Shown here piece by piece: positions 25,501 through 34,900 of a stretch of 64,000 bases of DNA. The DNA is from an uncultured Verrucomicrobiota bacterium. Its GTDB lineage: Bacteria > Verrucomicrobiota > Verrucomicrobiia > Limisphaerales > J093. The translations under genes and the position numbers were made by a program. The stretch is taken from contig CAZMOZ010000001.1 in the NCBI GenBank assembly GCA_964568145.1, forward strand, positions 195,536-259,535, written 5' to 3'. Below the pieces are notes generated by a model. It was not told the DNA's origin, searched no databases, and saw only the letters and a list, made by a program, of their open reading frames with translations. Every line of letters starts with the position of its first letter. Position 1 is the first letter of the stretch.

Positions 25501-26252
25501 AGATAAAGAAAATGCGGCTCGCCGTGCTCGAGCACGCGGCCGGAAGGCGTCAGTTCGAGGTGATCGCGGTCCTCAGGCCGGACCATGCGCCGGCCGCCCA
25601 CGTTGAGCAGCGCAAAGCCGGTCGAGCGCACGGTGTTGGTCCGGTAGTTGGCGACGTACAAGTCGAGGTCGCCATCACCGTCCACGTCGGCGAGCGTGGA
25701 GGTCGTGGCGCCGTGGCGCGGGATCAAGCCGGAGTCCGCCACTGCCTGAAACCGCCCGCGGCCGTCATTGAGGAAGAGCCGCGTGCCGGTGCCGACGCCG
25801 TTGACCAGCAGATCGAGGTCGGCGTCGCCGTCCACGTCGGCCAGCGTGGCGCCGGTCGAGTAGTTGCCGCGAAAATCCAGGCCCGCCGCGGCGGTGACGT
25901 TTGTGAAACGCCAGCCGCCCAGATTGCGGAACAACGCCACGCGGCCCTCGAGCGCGCAGGCGAAAAGGTCGCACCAGCCGTCGCCGTCCACGTCACCCAG
26001 CGCCACGCCGGAGCCGTTCAGGCGGATTTGGTTTTCCGCGGCTGCGGCCGGCGAAAGGCGGTTGGTGAAATGGACCCTGGTCACGTCGGGCGGCAGCAGG
26101 GTGAAGCCCGCCTTGCCAATCGGCGGCACCGCGAGTGCGCTCCAACGATGGCCGGCGCCGGGCGTCCATTCCCGATCCGCGGCCTGTGCGGCAGAAACGG
26201 CGGCCAACAGCGCGCCCAGGCAGATGGCTTGGCAAAGACGGCGGTGCATCAT
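22506..26252 (-). CDS. double-module FG-GAP/VCBS + UnbV/ASPIC protein (CRTAC1-like), secreted, paralog
   Basis: 1248 aa starting at an ATG. The signal peptide is MMHRRLCQAICLGALLAAVSAAQA. The architecture and blocks match 18190..22065 (GARITVSGG...MCGGRYLSCDE...VTWRSGRRS; GAVLRR...HAGSGYWSSDSAVQVL...VSWPGGRR). Confidence 0.85.
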   Translation of the reverse strand: MMHRRLCQAICLGALLAAVSAAQAADREWTPGAGHRWSALAVPPIGKAGFTLLPPDVTRVHFTNRLSPAAAAENQIRLNGSGVALGDVDGDGWCDLFACALEGRVALFRNLGGWRFTNVTAAAGLDFRGNYSTGATLADVDGDADLDLLVNGVGTGTRLFLNDGRGRFQAVADSGLIPRHGATTSTLADVDGDGDLDLYVANYRTNTVRSTGFALLNVGGRRMVRPEDRDHLELTPSGRVLEHGEPHFLYLNDGRGRFQPVSWTDGAFLDEDGRPLRAAPRDWGLTAAFRDLNGDGHPDLYVCNDFHSPDRVWLNDGRGRFRAIPRLALRHTATFSMAVDFADVDRDGRDDLLVSDMTSRARGRRLMQIAGMAPYEIIPGVFDDRPQLDRTVLQWNRGDGTYAEVACYAGLEDSEWNWSVLFLDVDLDGFEDLLAATGHMFDTQDLDAQARIAARGPYPPSQIPGKLLMLPPLAQANLAFRNRGNLTFAECGQAWGFDQVGVSQGMALADLDNDGDLDLVVSNLNGPLGLYGNESPAPRLAVRLKGRPPNTAGIGARITVSGGPVPQSQEMMCGGRYLSCDETLRVFAAGAMTNRLRIEVTWRSGRRSVVPGAQPNCLYEIEEPGSESEVPCPGPQATAHQSPVPPAPLFQDVSALLNHRHSEAPFDDFARQPLLPRRLSQAGPGVCWFDLDGDSWDDLIVGGGRGGTLAVFRNDRQGGFARLSGPPWNQTLARDQTAIVGMVEPDGTRGLLVGAANYEDGQATGGAVGWWVPGQTNVLDVVPASASTPGPLALGDLDGDGALDLFVGGRSVPGRYPEPAQSQIWRRQGAGWELDTANTARLTAAGLVCGAVWTDLNGDGWPELALACEWGPLRIFRNDRGTLTEWHPPLTWAGGATKPVPVSSLTPLPSSLSALTGWWNGVTTGDFDGDGDQDLLATNWGLNIVQRASPAAPYRLYFGDFDGSGALQLLEASRALETGQEMPERDLDSLAAGWPAVRANFPTHAAFGRATVADVLGPALANARRLEANTLASMLFLNHGDHFTAVPLPRDAQWAPAFAAGVADMDGDGGEDVFLSQNFFATQPKLPRCDAGRGLWLRGDGRGGFEPVSGWDSGVAVYGEQRGAAAGDFDGDGRVDLVVTQNGNATRLFRNVGARPGLRVRLTGPPGNSTGVGAVLRRWSAGRPGPAREIHAGSGYWSSDSAVQVLAGDEGPSRVEVSWPGGRRTEIEVPANAREVEIRWPGELTVVR
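24321..24376. repeat. degenerate 7-nt-phased repeat in the inter-module linker
   Basis: The tract reads GACTGGT GACTGGT GAGCGGT GGCTTGG GGCCCGG GACATGG GACTTCG GACTCCG. Confidence 0.7.
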
Positions 26253-26397
26253 GAAAAGCTGATCGGGGTTTTGCGCCTCAATTCCCCGAAGAGGCCGGGA
26301 CGCAAACCGGGAGCGACCACCTGCTTGCCGGCAGGGATGCCGGCGCTCCTGGTGGTGTCTTGCGACGCGACACGAAGTTTAACCTCGGTTTTCAAGT

Positions 26398-28038
26398 TCA
26401 TCGTTGCGACGGCGCTGCGGCGTCGGTCCGGACCCGGGTTTCCTTGAGCTGGTTGCGCAGAATCAGCAGCGATGGCCCCTCCTTGTCCCAGCGCGCCTGC
26501 AGAGCGGGCGGGGCCTTGAACGGGGTCTTGAACGCCGCGCCGAGAACGATGTCCGCGTCGCCGTCACCGTCGAGGTCGCCCACGTCCATGGTCAGCCAGC
26601 GGCCGCGCTCGCAATCGGGAAAGGTCCACGCCGCGAACTCGAACTTCCCAAGGTTTTCGAGGTACACGAAGCTTTCCTCCGGCGACCGCGCGTAGTCGGG
26701 GAAAAACGAGATGGCCACGATGTCGAGGTCGCCGTCACCGTCGAAATCGGCGGTCTTCGCGTCGTAGGTGCCGTTGTGCGGATAGAAAAGAACCTCGCGG
26801 AAGTTGAACTTCCCGTCGTTCAAGTAGAGCCGCACGCCATGGTAGCGCTTCGGCGGGCAGTCGAAGTCGCCTAGGTCGCCGTTGCCGGTCAGCAGGTCGA
26901 GGTGGCCGTCTCCGTTGAAGTCCACCAGTTGCAGGCTGACGTAACCCCACGCGGGCGACTGCACAATCCAGGGAATCTCGGTGAACTCGCCATCGCCGTC
27001 GTTGCGGAACAGGAAGACCCCCTCGCGCGCCTGGGCCATCAACGCCACGATGTCCAGCCGGCCGTCGCGGTTCGCGTCCAGCAGGTGGCAGCGTGTGGCG
27101 CCGGGGCGGTCCAGCAGCACATGCTCGACGTAGTTGGTGTCGCCGCGGTTCTCGTACCAGGCGAGGCTGCCGGACACGCCGGTGCGATTGCCATAGCTGC
27201 ATACCACAAGGTCCGCGCGCCCGTCGCCGTTCAAGTCGCCCGCCACGCACTCGATGGGGCGCACCAAATTGGTGATGACATCGCCGACCGTTTCAAACCG
27301 CAGGCCGGGACGCGTAAAGCGCGTGATCCGCCCCAACGGCCGGTCATCCGGCACCACCATGCCGATCTGTGACCCGAGCCACGTGCCGTCCGGCAAGGGC
27401 AGCAGATGCGTCACGGTGGAATCGAGCCGCGTGCTGGCCAGGCCTGTGCCGTTATGATCAAGCACGTCGAGGCTGCGGGTGAAGGCGTTGCCGACGTAAA
27501 TCTGCCGGCGATCCGGCGCGATCCGCACCATCGTGGCGTAACTGATGCCGCGCCGGTAGCGCGGGTCCTCGACCATGAAGCCTGGCAACTCGCGCCGGAT
27601 TGGGGCGCGCGGGCCTTGCGGTATCGCCTGCGCCGGCGCGGCCTGAAAGTAGTAGTTCCAGATCAGCCGCCACTGCTCGAGCGCCGCCCGCTCGGCGTCG
27701 GATCCGGCCGGGTTGATCTCGCCGATGCCGGCGTTCCGGTGCATCAGCGGCACGACGTGCCGGCGCCAGCTCTCCGCGTCGTGAAGGTCCGGCTCGGGGT
27801 ACAGGTGACAGGCCGTACAAATGCTGCGCGACAGCTCCCGACCCCGCTCGAAATCGGTCAGCGGCTTCGTCTCACCCGGACTGGCCGGCGCCTCTTGGGC
27901 GCCGGTTTTGGATCCGGGACTTCGGATTTCCGATTTCGGATTTCGGATTTCCGACCCGGCTGTGGACTGGTTGGTCTCACCCGCAAGGCCCGCCACAGCC
28001 TGGTACCCCGCCGCGCACAGCAAGAGCCACCGTTTCAT
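26398..28038 (-). CDS. secreted protein with a single CxxCH haem-c-type motif followed by FG-GAP/VCBS repeats
   Basis: An internal ATG at 28038 gives MKRWLLLCAAGYQAVAGLAG and overlaps the upstream stop (ATGA at 28035-28038). CTACH lies in SRSICTACHLYPEPD. FG-GAP blades follow (DLNGDGRADLVV, DANRDGRLDIVA, DFNGDGHLDLLT, DFDGDGDLDIVA, DLDGDGDADIVL). Confidence 0.75.
   Translation of the reverse strand: MKRWLLLCAAGYQAVAGLAGETNQSTAGSEIRNPKSEIRSPGSKTGAQEAPASPGETKPLTDFERGRELSRSICTACHLYPEPDLHDAESWRRHVVPLMHRNAGIGEINPAGSDAERAALEQWRLIWNYYFQAAPAQAIPQGPRAPIRRELPGFMVEDPRYRRGISYATMVRIAPDRRQIYVGNAFTRSLDVLDHNGTGLASTRLDSTVTHLLPLPDGTWLGSQIGMVVPDDRPLGRITRFTRPGLRFETVGDVITNLVRPIECVAGDLNGDGRADLVVCSYGNRTGVSGSLAWYENRGDTNYVEHVLLDRPGATRCHLLDANRDGRLDIVALMAQAREGVFLFRNDGDGEFTEIPWIVQSPAWGYVSLQLVDFNGDGHLDLLTGNGDLGDFDCPPKRYHGVRLYLNDGKFNFREVLFYPHNGTYDAKTADFDGDGDLDIVAISFFPDYARSPEESFVYLENLGKFEFAAWTFPDCERGRWLTMDVGDLDGDGDADIVLGAAFKTPFKAPPALQARWDKEGPSLLILRNQLKETRVRTDAAAPSQR
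27923..27957. repeat. heptanucleotide tandem repeat (CGGATTT-type) inside a coding region
   Basis: The tract reads CGGATTT CCGATTT CGGATTT CGGATTT CCGACCC. It encodes SEIRNPKSEIRSP on the minus strand. Confidence 0.9.
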
Positions 28039-31000
28039 GGCCTGACCTCCGTTTCGCCGTCCATCCGGATCACCAACTCGCGCGTGCCGGACGGGACACG
28101 GCTCTCGGTGACGCGGCCACCCGGCCAGCGGACCTGAACACTTGAGGGCGGCCCAGGTGTGCCGAGCACCAAGACCGGACTGTCCTGCGACCAATACCCG
28201 CCGCCCGCCCGCACTTCGCGCGCGGGGCCGTCGCGGTCACCGAAGCGCAGGCGCACCACCGCACCGATGCCGGCCGGATTGGATGGCGGTCCGATCAGGC
28301 GCACGCGAAGGCCTGGCCGGGCGCCCGTGTTGCGGAACAGTCGCGTCGCCGCGCGATTCTGGGCCACGACCAAGTCAACCCGGCCATCACCGTCGTAGTC
28401 CGCCAAGGCCGCGCCGCGCTGTTCGCCATGGACGCGCACGCCGCAGTCCTGGCCGCGCACTGGCGTGAGGCCGCCCCGGCCGTCGCCGTACAGCCATAGA
28501 CTCCGGCCCGCGTCGTACCGCGAGGTGTCCAGATCCACTCCGAAGAAATTCTGGCTCAGAAACGCGTCTTCGTCGCCGTCGCCGTCGGCGTCGCCCACGC
28601 AGACCGCAAGCGACGGCGCGAACTGCGCTTCCGCCGACAGCACGCGTGCCTCAAAGTGGTCGCCGCGGTTCAGGAAGAGCGTCGTTTCCAGCCAGACCAC
28701 CTCGAGGTGCCGGGAGGCGGCACGGGCCTCGCCCAGGATCTCCTCCACGCCGGCGCCAGCCCAGGCCGCGTGTGTGGGAAACCGCGCGGCCCAGCGCGGG
28801 ATGCAACGCGTGACCACGTCCAGCAGCCGGTCCGGCGCGAACCGGCCCAACTCCGGCGCCACGTGTGCCTCCAGCGGCACCACGCCGCCGTCCTCGTTGA
28901 AGTCTCCGAAATAAAGTCGCAGCGGCGCGGGCCGCCAGCGTTCGTAGCGCGTGTTCTGTCCCCAGTTCGCGGCCAGCAGGTCCAGCCGGCCGTCGTTGTC
29001 GAAATCGCCCGCCGCCACACCATTCCACCAGCCGGTGAGCGTGGACAGGGACGCGGGGCGAGGAGTGAGGGCGGAGGCAGGCGCGGGGTGGGTCGCATCA
29101 CCAGCCCAGGTCAGCGGGGGATGCCATTCGGTCAAGGTCCCCCGGTCGTTGCGGAAGATCCGAATCGGACCCCAGTCGCACGCCAGCACCAGTTCCGGCC
29201 AGCCATCGCCGGTGAGGTCCGATGCCAGGGCGCTGCTGACCAGCGTGGGCGGCAGCGCGGCGGTGTTTCTTACGTCGAGTTCGAGCCGGCCGTTGCGTCG
29301 GCGGAAAAGCTGGGAAGCTCTGGCCTCCGGGTAGCGACCACCCACCGCGCGGGCGCCCACGAACAAGTCCAGGCTGCCATCACCGTCGAAGTCGGCCGCC
29401 GCAAGCGGACCGAAACTCGCCGGGGACAGCGGCAGCTCCGACTTCAAGGAGTTCACCCCGAGCGTCACCACGCCGGCTGCGTTCGTGGCGCCGTCTTCGT
29501 AGTTGGCAAGCGCGAGCAACAACGTGCCCGGCGCAAGTACAGCGAAGCCCGCGGCGTCACGCTCGAGCGGCGTGTCCCAAGGTTGGCCGGTGAGGCGCTC
29601 GAAGCGCCCTTCTCCGAGGTTCCGAAACGCGGCCAGGCGACCACCACGACCGCCGCCGACCACAAGATCCTCGCGACCGTCGCCGTCCAGATCCCACCAC
29701 GCGACGCCAGGGCCGAGTTGGCTCAGCTTGCGCGGCAGCAGTGGCTGGCGTTCGAAATCATCAAATGGCGCGTCATCGTGGATATGCCCCAGCTCTTCGC
29801 TGGCATCCGCGAACCGAATGCCGCTGGATGGGGCAGGGGAGTCGGTGGCCGACGTAGCCGCTGGCGGAACCGCTTCGGCGGACTCGAAGACCTCCAGCAA
29901 CGTGTTTGGCGGGACGTTCGCGACCACGCTTTCCCGGCCGCCGCGCCAGCGCACGCGGGCTTCGAGCGCGGCAGCGTTTTCCGCGGCAAAGGTTCGTTGC
30001 GCCTGATCGCTGGAACAGTAACGCCCGCCGCAGACGATCGGCTGGCTTTGCGGCATTGGGCCGCCGGTGACCGTAATGCGCGCGCCCACGCCGCCGGTGT
30101 TGGGCGGCTGACCGCGGAGGCGCACGGCCAGGCGTGGCGCGGAGGTGTCGTTGCGGTAAAGGCCGGCCTCGCTGTTGAGATTGTTCACCACGAGATCGAG
30201 GTCGCCGTCGTTGTCCAAATCGGCGAGGCAGGCGCCCTGCGAAATCACGGGCTGGTCGAAGCCCCAGTCGCGGCCGCATTCTGTGAACTTCAAGTTGCCG
30301 AGATTGCGGAACGCCAGGTTGGACGTGTTGAGCGGCGGGTACAACGCGCGCAGACGCAGTTCCTCCAGGGCGGAAAGACGTCGGCCGGCCTGCTCGGCCT
30401 GGATGCGGTTCATCGCGTCCAGGTTCATGTTGTCGCGCACGAAACCGTTCGGCACCAGCACGTCCTCGTAGCCGTCAAGGTCCACGTCGAGCAGCACGGG
30501 GTTCCAGGACCATTCGCTGGCCTCCAGGCCGGCGAACTGGGCGATCTCGGCATAGGTGCCATCACCGCGATTCCAGAGCAGCGTGTTGCGCGGGTACTGC
30601 GGGCGGGCGGTGATGTCGCCGGCCGGCGCCAGTTCGGCGCGAAGGATGTTGCGCTGGGTGAGCCGGCGCGTGTGCTCACGGCCGAGCATGTCGAGCACCA
30701 GCAGATCGTCGTGTCCGTCGCGATCCAGGTCGGCGGCGTCGGCGGCCATTGAGGCAAGGCTGGTCTGACGGATGGCCAGCGCGGGCGCCAGGCGGAACCG
30801 GCCGGCGCCGTCGTTGAGCCAGAGCCGGTCCGGGCTGCCGAAATCGTTGCACAGGTAAAGGTCGGGCGCGCCATCGCCGTCGAGATCGCGGAACAACACG
30901 AACAAGCCCCAGTCAAAGAACGGCGCGGCCAGCAGCCGGCCGTCCTCGTCGCGGAAACCGCCGCCGGTGAAGGGGACCGGCGTGAAACGTCCGCGGCCGT

Positions 31001-31865
31001 CATTGACGAAGTACGCGTCCGGCTCGCCCAGCTCCTCGCGTCCGAACTTGCCGCGTCCGCCGGGGCCCAGCTCGAACTTGAACACGAACCGGTTGGTCCA
31101 CTCGGGATCAGTGGGCGGCCGGCCATTGATGGCGACCACCTGGGGCTGGCCGTTCAGCATCTTTACGCTGAAGCGCGTGCCCGGCATGTCCGTGAGCGTC
31201 GTGGCGCGGTAATTAGCGATGTACAGGTCCAGGTCGCCATCGGCGTCGGCATCGGCCAGCGCGAGCGATGTGCCGCCACGGTTCGGATTGAGCATCGGCG
31301 ACGCCGGCGTGAAACGGCCGCTGCCGTCATTGAGAAAGATCACGGTGCCCGCGCCCAGCGAATTCACGAGCAGATCAAGGTCGCCATCACCATCGAGGTC
31401 GGCGAAGGCGGCGCCGGTGTTGTCGCGTCCGGCGCAGGCCACTCCGGCCGGGGCCGTGATGTCGGCGAAGCGCCACCCGCCGAGATTGCGGTACAGCCGG
31501 CAGCCGGAGTCCAGCAGCCCGGCGAAGAACAGATCGCACCAGCCGTCGCCGTCCACGTCGCCCGCCGCCACGCCCGAGCCGTTGGGGAGAATCTGGTTGG
31601 TGAGGTGGCGTGGCTCGGGAAGGAGGTTCACGAAGCCAACTCCGGTTTGGGCAGCCGGGAGCAGCGTCAGGCCGGTCCGATTTGCGCCCACAGGCTGAAC
31701 CGATGCCGCGCGAGCGCCGGGCAGTTCGCGCCAGACCAGACTCGTGGGTGGCGATTCAGCCGCCCGCACGCCTTCGCCGAACAGACCGGCGAGGATCAGG
31801 CTCCCGATCAGCCGCCACGGCGCATGATGTCGCGGCGGCCGGTTATCGGGAGCTGGCTGTGTCAC
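28035..31865 (-). CDS. double-module FG-GAP/VCBS + UnbV/ASPIC protein (CRTAC1-like), paralog; start uncertain
   Basis: The track ORF reaches 32051, but its first ~60 codons overlap the upstream gene end and its terminator. GTG 31865 gives (M)TQPAPDNRPPRHHAPWRLIGSLILAGLFGEGVRAAE. The body has the paralog architecture (GARITVTGG...VCGGRYCSSDQ...VRWRGGRES; GAVVRL...RAGGGYWSQDSPVLVL...VRWPGGRV). Confidence 0.75.
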   Translation of the reverse strand: MTQPAPDNRPPRHHAPWRLIGSLILAGLFGEGVRAAESPPTSLVWRELPGARAASVQPVGANRTGLTLLPAAQTGVGFVNLLPEPRHLTNQILPNGSGVAAGDVDGDGWCDLFFAGLLDSGCRLYRNLGGWRFADITAPAGVACAGRDNTGAAFADLDGDGDLDLLVNSLGAGTVIFLNDGSGRFTPASPMLNPNRGGTSLALADADADGDLDLYIANYRATTLTDMPGTRFSVKMLNGQPQVVAINGRPPTDPEWTNRFVFKFELGPGGRGKFGREELGEPDAYFVNDGRGRFTPVPFTGGGFRDEDGRLLAAPFFDWGLFVLFRDLDGDGAPDLYLCNDFGSPDRLWLNDGAGRFRLAPALAIRQTSLASMAADAADLDRDGHDDLLVLDMLGREHTRRLTQRNILRAELAPAGDITARPQYPRNTLLWNRGDGTYAEIAQFAGLEASEWSWNPVLLDVDLDGYEDVLVPNGFVRDNMNLDAMNRIQAEQAGRRLSALEELRLRALYPPLNTSNLAFRNLGNLKFTECGRDWGFDQPVISQGACLADLDNDGDLDLVVNNLNSEAGLYRNDTSAPRLAVRLRGQPPNTGGVGARITVTGGPMPQSQPIVCGGRYCSSDQAQRTFAAENAAALEARVRWRGGRESVVANVPPNTLLEVFESAEAVPPAATSATDSPAPSSGIRFADASEELGHIHDDAPFDDFERQPLLPRKLSQLGPGVAWWDLDGDGREDLVVGGGRGGRLAAFRNLGEGRFERLTGQPWDTPLERDAAGFAVLAPGTLLLALANYEDGATNAAGVVTLGVNSLKSELPLSPASFGPLAAADFDGDGSLDLFVGARAVGGRYPEARASQLFRRRNGRLELDVRNTAALPPTLVSSALASDLTGDGWPELVLACDWGPIRIFRNDRGTLTEWHPPLTWAGDATHPAPASALTPRPASLSTLTGWWNGVAAGDFDNDGRLDLLAANWGQNTRYERWRPAPLRLYFGDFNEDGGVVPLEAHVAPELGRFAPDRLLDVVTRCIPRWAARFPTHAAWAGAGVEEILGEARAASRHLEVVWLETTLFLNRGDHFEARVLSAEAQFAPSLAVCVGDADGDGDEDAFLSQNFFGVDLDTSRYDAGRSLWLYGDGRGGLTPVRGQDCGVRVHGEQRGAALADYDGDGRVDLVVAQNRAATRLFRNTGARPGLRVRLIGPPSNPAGIGAVVRLRFGDRDGPAREVRAGGGYWSQDSPVLVLGTPGPPSSVQVRWPGGRVTESRVPSGTRELVIRMDGETEVRP

Positions 31866-31905
31866 GACCGGATACTGAGGCGAACGCGGCCGGTTTGAAA
31901 TCTCG

Positions 31906-31935
31906 AAACAAAAAGACCGGGCCGAAGCCCGGTCT
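31906..31935 (-). terminator. rho-independent terminator after the 31963..35370 gene
   Basis: On the minus strand the hairpin AGACCGGGC-TTCG-GCCCGGTCT is followed by TTTTGTTT. Confidence 0.7.
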
Positions 31936-31962
31936 CGTGAACTCAGCCCGGCTGAGCGCCGG

Positions 31963-34900
31963 CTACTGGCCCTGGACGCGGAAGTACATCGCCGCTCCGG
32001 TGACCGGCGTGCTGTACGGCTTGGTCGAGCCGATGTTCGTCCACGGGCCAAGCACGGACGTGGCGGATTGCAGCGTGCCGTCGCCCTCCCAGTTGAGGGT
32101 GACGTTGTTGCCCGACCGCGTGATGGTCATCGCCCCCGGCGGCACGTTTTGGACGAAGTCGCCGTACTGGCGGAACTTGGCCACGACGGAATGCCCGACT
32201 CCTTCGCCGGTGCCGTTGTTATTGAGTTCCGGCGAGTAGTAGAGGCCCACCAGCAGCTTGTCGGGCATCGGTTCGGCGGCGGTAAACGTGTGGACGCCGT
32301 AGGAGGTCCACTTCCGGCCGTCGGCGCTGTAATAGCCGGTGAAGGTCTGCCCGGTGCGTTGCATGCGCAGCCAGGCATTCGGATAAGCCGGCGTGCCGGC
32401 GCCGCCGCCGCCGTAATTGCCGCCGGCCACGTCGCGCCAGACGGCCTCGTTGGCGTTGTTGCCCGCCGCGCCGTTCCATTGCACGGCTGGATTGGCCCGC
32501 AGCAGGTAGCGTTTCTCCATTTGCGCCCCGCCAGCGACCGCCGCCCGGTTCACGCCTTCGTCTGCGCTCGGCGTGGCGCACATGCCGGCGCGGGCCCACT
32601 GGCTGGTGGGGTCGTGGTACTCAACGCGTACGACCTTGTCGAAGTCGCCCGTGATTTCCTCGTACACGAAGGTGGCTTCGTCGTAGTTGTTCCAGTTGGC
32701 GGTGCCGCTGCTGATGAGGTCGAAGTCCGCCTGCCCCAGCGCCACCACGTCATCCGGCCAGAGCGCCGGATCGGGATTGATGTTCATCCCGGCGGTCTCG
32801 CCTTCGAGGTAGTCGTTGCCGCCCATCGCGGCCCATTTCAACTTAGAGGTCACGGTGAGCGACTTGCTCTCGCCTGCGGCCGACATGGCGTTGCCCTTGA
32901 GGTCCTTCACGTTCTTGACCGTTACGGACACGTTGTCGCCCGCCGCCAGGCCGCTGGTGGTCAACACCACCGCCGCGCCGTGATGCGGCCCCGCCGTGCC
33001 CAACTGGAAGAAGCCCGCGCCGTCCGTGTGCGCGAAGCGCTGGTAACGCACGCCCGTGACGCTGCCCTTCGAGAGCGAATAGTTGGCGACCGCGCTGGCC
33101 GTGGCCTGATCCACGTTCTCGTCGAAGCCGACGCCGATCTCGATGGCGTTGCCCTTCATGATCGAACCCGCGCCGACGATCTTCGGCGCGAACGTGTCGG
33201 GCACCACCGTCAATGTGGCCACGGCGCTGGTCACGACCAGCGCGGGCACGCTGCAGACCACGCGGTACTTGGCGCCGCTGTCGGCGAGTGTCAGGAGCGC
33301 GGTCGAATACGACGCGGCCGTGGCGCCGGCGAGATCCTGCCAGGTGCTGCCGCCCGGCGCCTGCCGCTGCCACTGGTAGCCGAGGTTGCCCCCGTAAGCG
33401 GAGGCGCCGGTGGCCACGATGGTGAAGGTGGCCGAGCGGTTCTCCTGCTCGGTGAGGTCGGCGGGCTGCTGGGTGATGTTGATCGCCGAGCCGCTGGGAT
33501 CCACGTAGGTGCCGATCACATTGCCGGTCAGGCGCGGCGCGGTGCCGTCCGCGGGATCATCTTCGGACTCCAGCTTGTAGGTGGCGGCAAACCAGTCGCC
33601 GCCCGACCAACTGGGATCGTGGTGGACCATCTCGAGGTAATAACGCCGGTTGGCGGTCAGCGTGATGGTGGGCCCCGACGGCCATTGACTGAACTCGGAG
33701 TAGTCCGAGCGGTGCCGGTACGGGTCGGTGTCATGGGTGGTGTTCCAGTCCCGCGGATCGGTCCAGCCGCCCGGTTCCGCGGCGATGAGGTGCTTGTTCG
33801 CCGGATTTTCGTCCGTGCTCAGGAATAGCCACCAGCGGTCGGCGCCGGCGGTGAAGAACACGTAGTTGCCGCTCTGCGGCGGGATGAAGAAGCCCTCGAT
33901 CGTGTCGAAGTAGTTCCGCACCGGATCGGCGGGCAGGCGCGTGGCGCCGTTCGGCGGATATTCGACCGCGTTCAAGAGGTCCAGGCGGTCGGGCTGGTTG
34001 GGGTAGCGGGCGTCGGCGAACAGGTTGTCCGGGCTCGTGCCCGAGGCGTCGCTGAAGTTGTTGTACTTCTTGTGCAGGACAAAGCCGGGCATGAAGACGA
34101 AGGTGCGGAAGGTCGCCTGGCTGTTGGGGGCGATGGTGTTGCCGGCCGCCGCCTGGTCCTTGACGTTGTTGACCACCACCGTGTAGGTCGCGCCTTCGGA
34201 TTGCTTGGTGGTGGCCAGCACCACGTTCGAGCCGAACACCGTCGCGGCGTTCACCGTCAGGCCGGCGATGGTGTAATTGGCCCGGTTGCCGCCGGTCGCG
34301 TCATCCACCGGCTCCGAGAAAGTCACCACCACGCCCAGGAAGTCGGAGCTCCCGCGGGCCGCGACCAGCGTGGGCGGGGTGACGTCCGGCACCACGGTGA
34401 GCGTAGCCTCGGCCGAGGTGGCGGTGCCGGCGGCGTTGCTGACGGTGCACTTGTACTTCGCGCCGCTGGCCGTGGCCGGCACGCGGGCCATGGTGTACGC
34501 GGGTCCGGTGGCCCCGGCGATCGCCACGTTGTTGCTCAACCACTGGAAGGTGAGCGGCGCGCTGCCATCGAAGCCGATGCTGAAAGTGACCGGCGCGCCT
34601 TCGTTCACGGTCTGGCTCTGCGGCGGCGCGGTGACGACGGGCGCGGTTGCGGCACCGGCCACCACAGTTGTGACCGACAGGTCGTCAATCCACTGGTTGG
34701 CGTTCTCGCCACCGGTGCGGGCGCCGAAGCCGAACTGGCCGGCCAGGGGTTGAAAGCCCGGCAGGATCACGTTCTCGAAGAGCCGCTGGCCCTTGTAGCT
34801 GACGTTCAACATGCCGGCCCGCGTGAGCGTGATCTCCACGTCCTCGAACTTGCTGGTGACCATCTCGGCCTTGGCGAATTTGGCGATGACCATGCTGGCC

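Noticed and set aside
31866-32051. N-terminal extension of the 28035 gene as listed in the ORF track (start 32051)
   Set aside because: The extension overlaps the 3' end of the upstream gene and crosses its rho-independent terminator. It is Arg/Ser-rich, and the signal-like hydrophobic segment begins only after GTG 31865.
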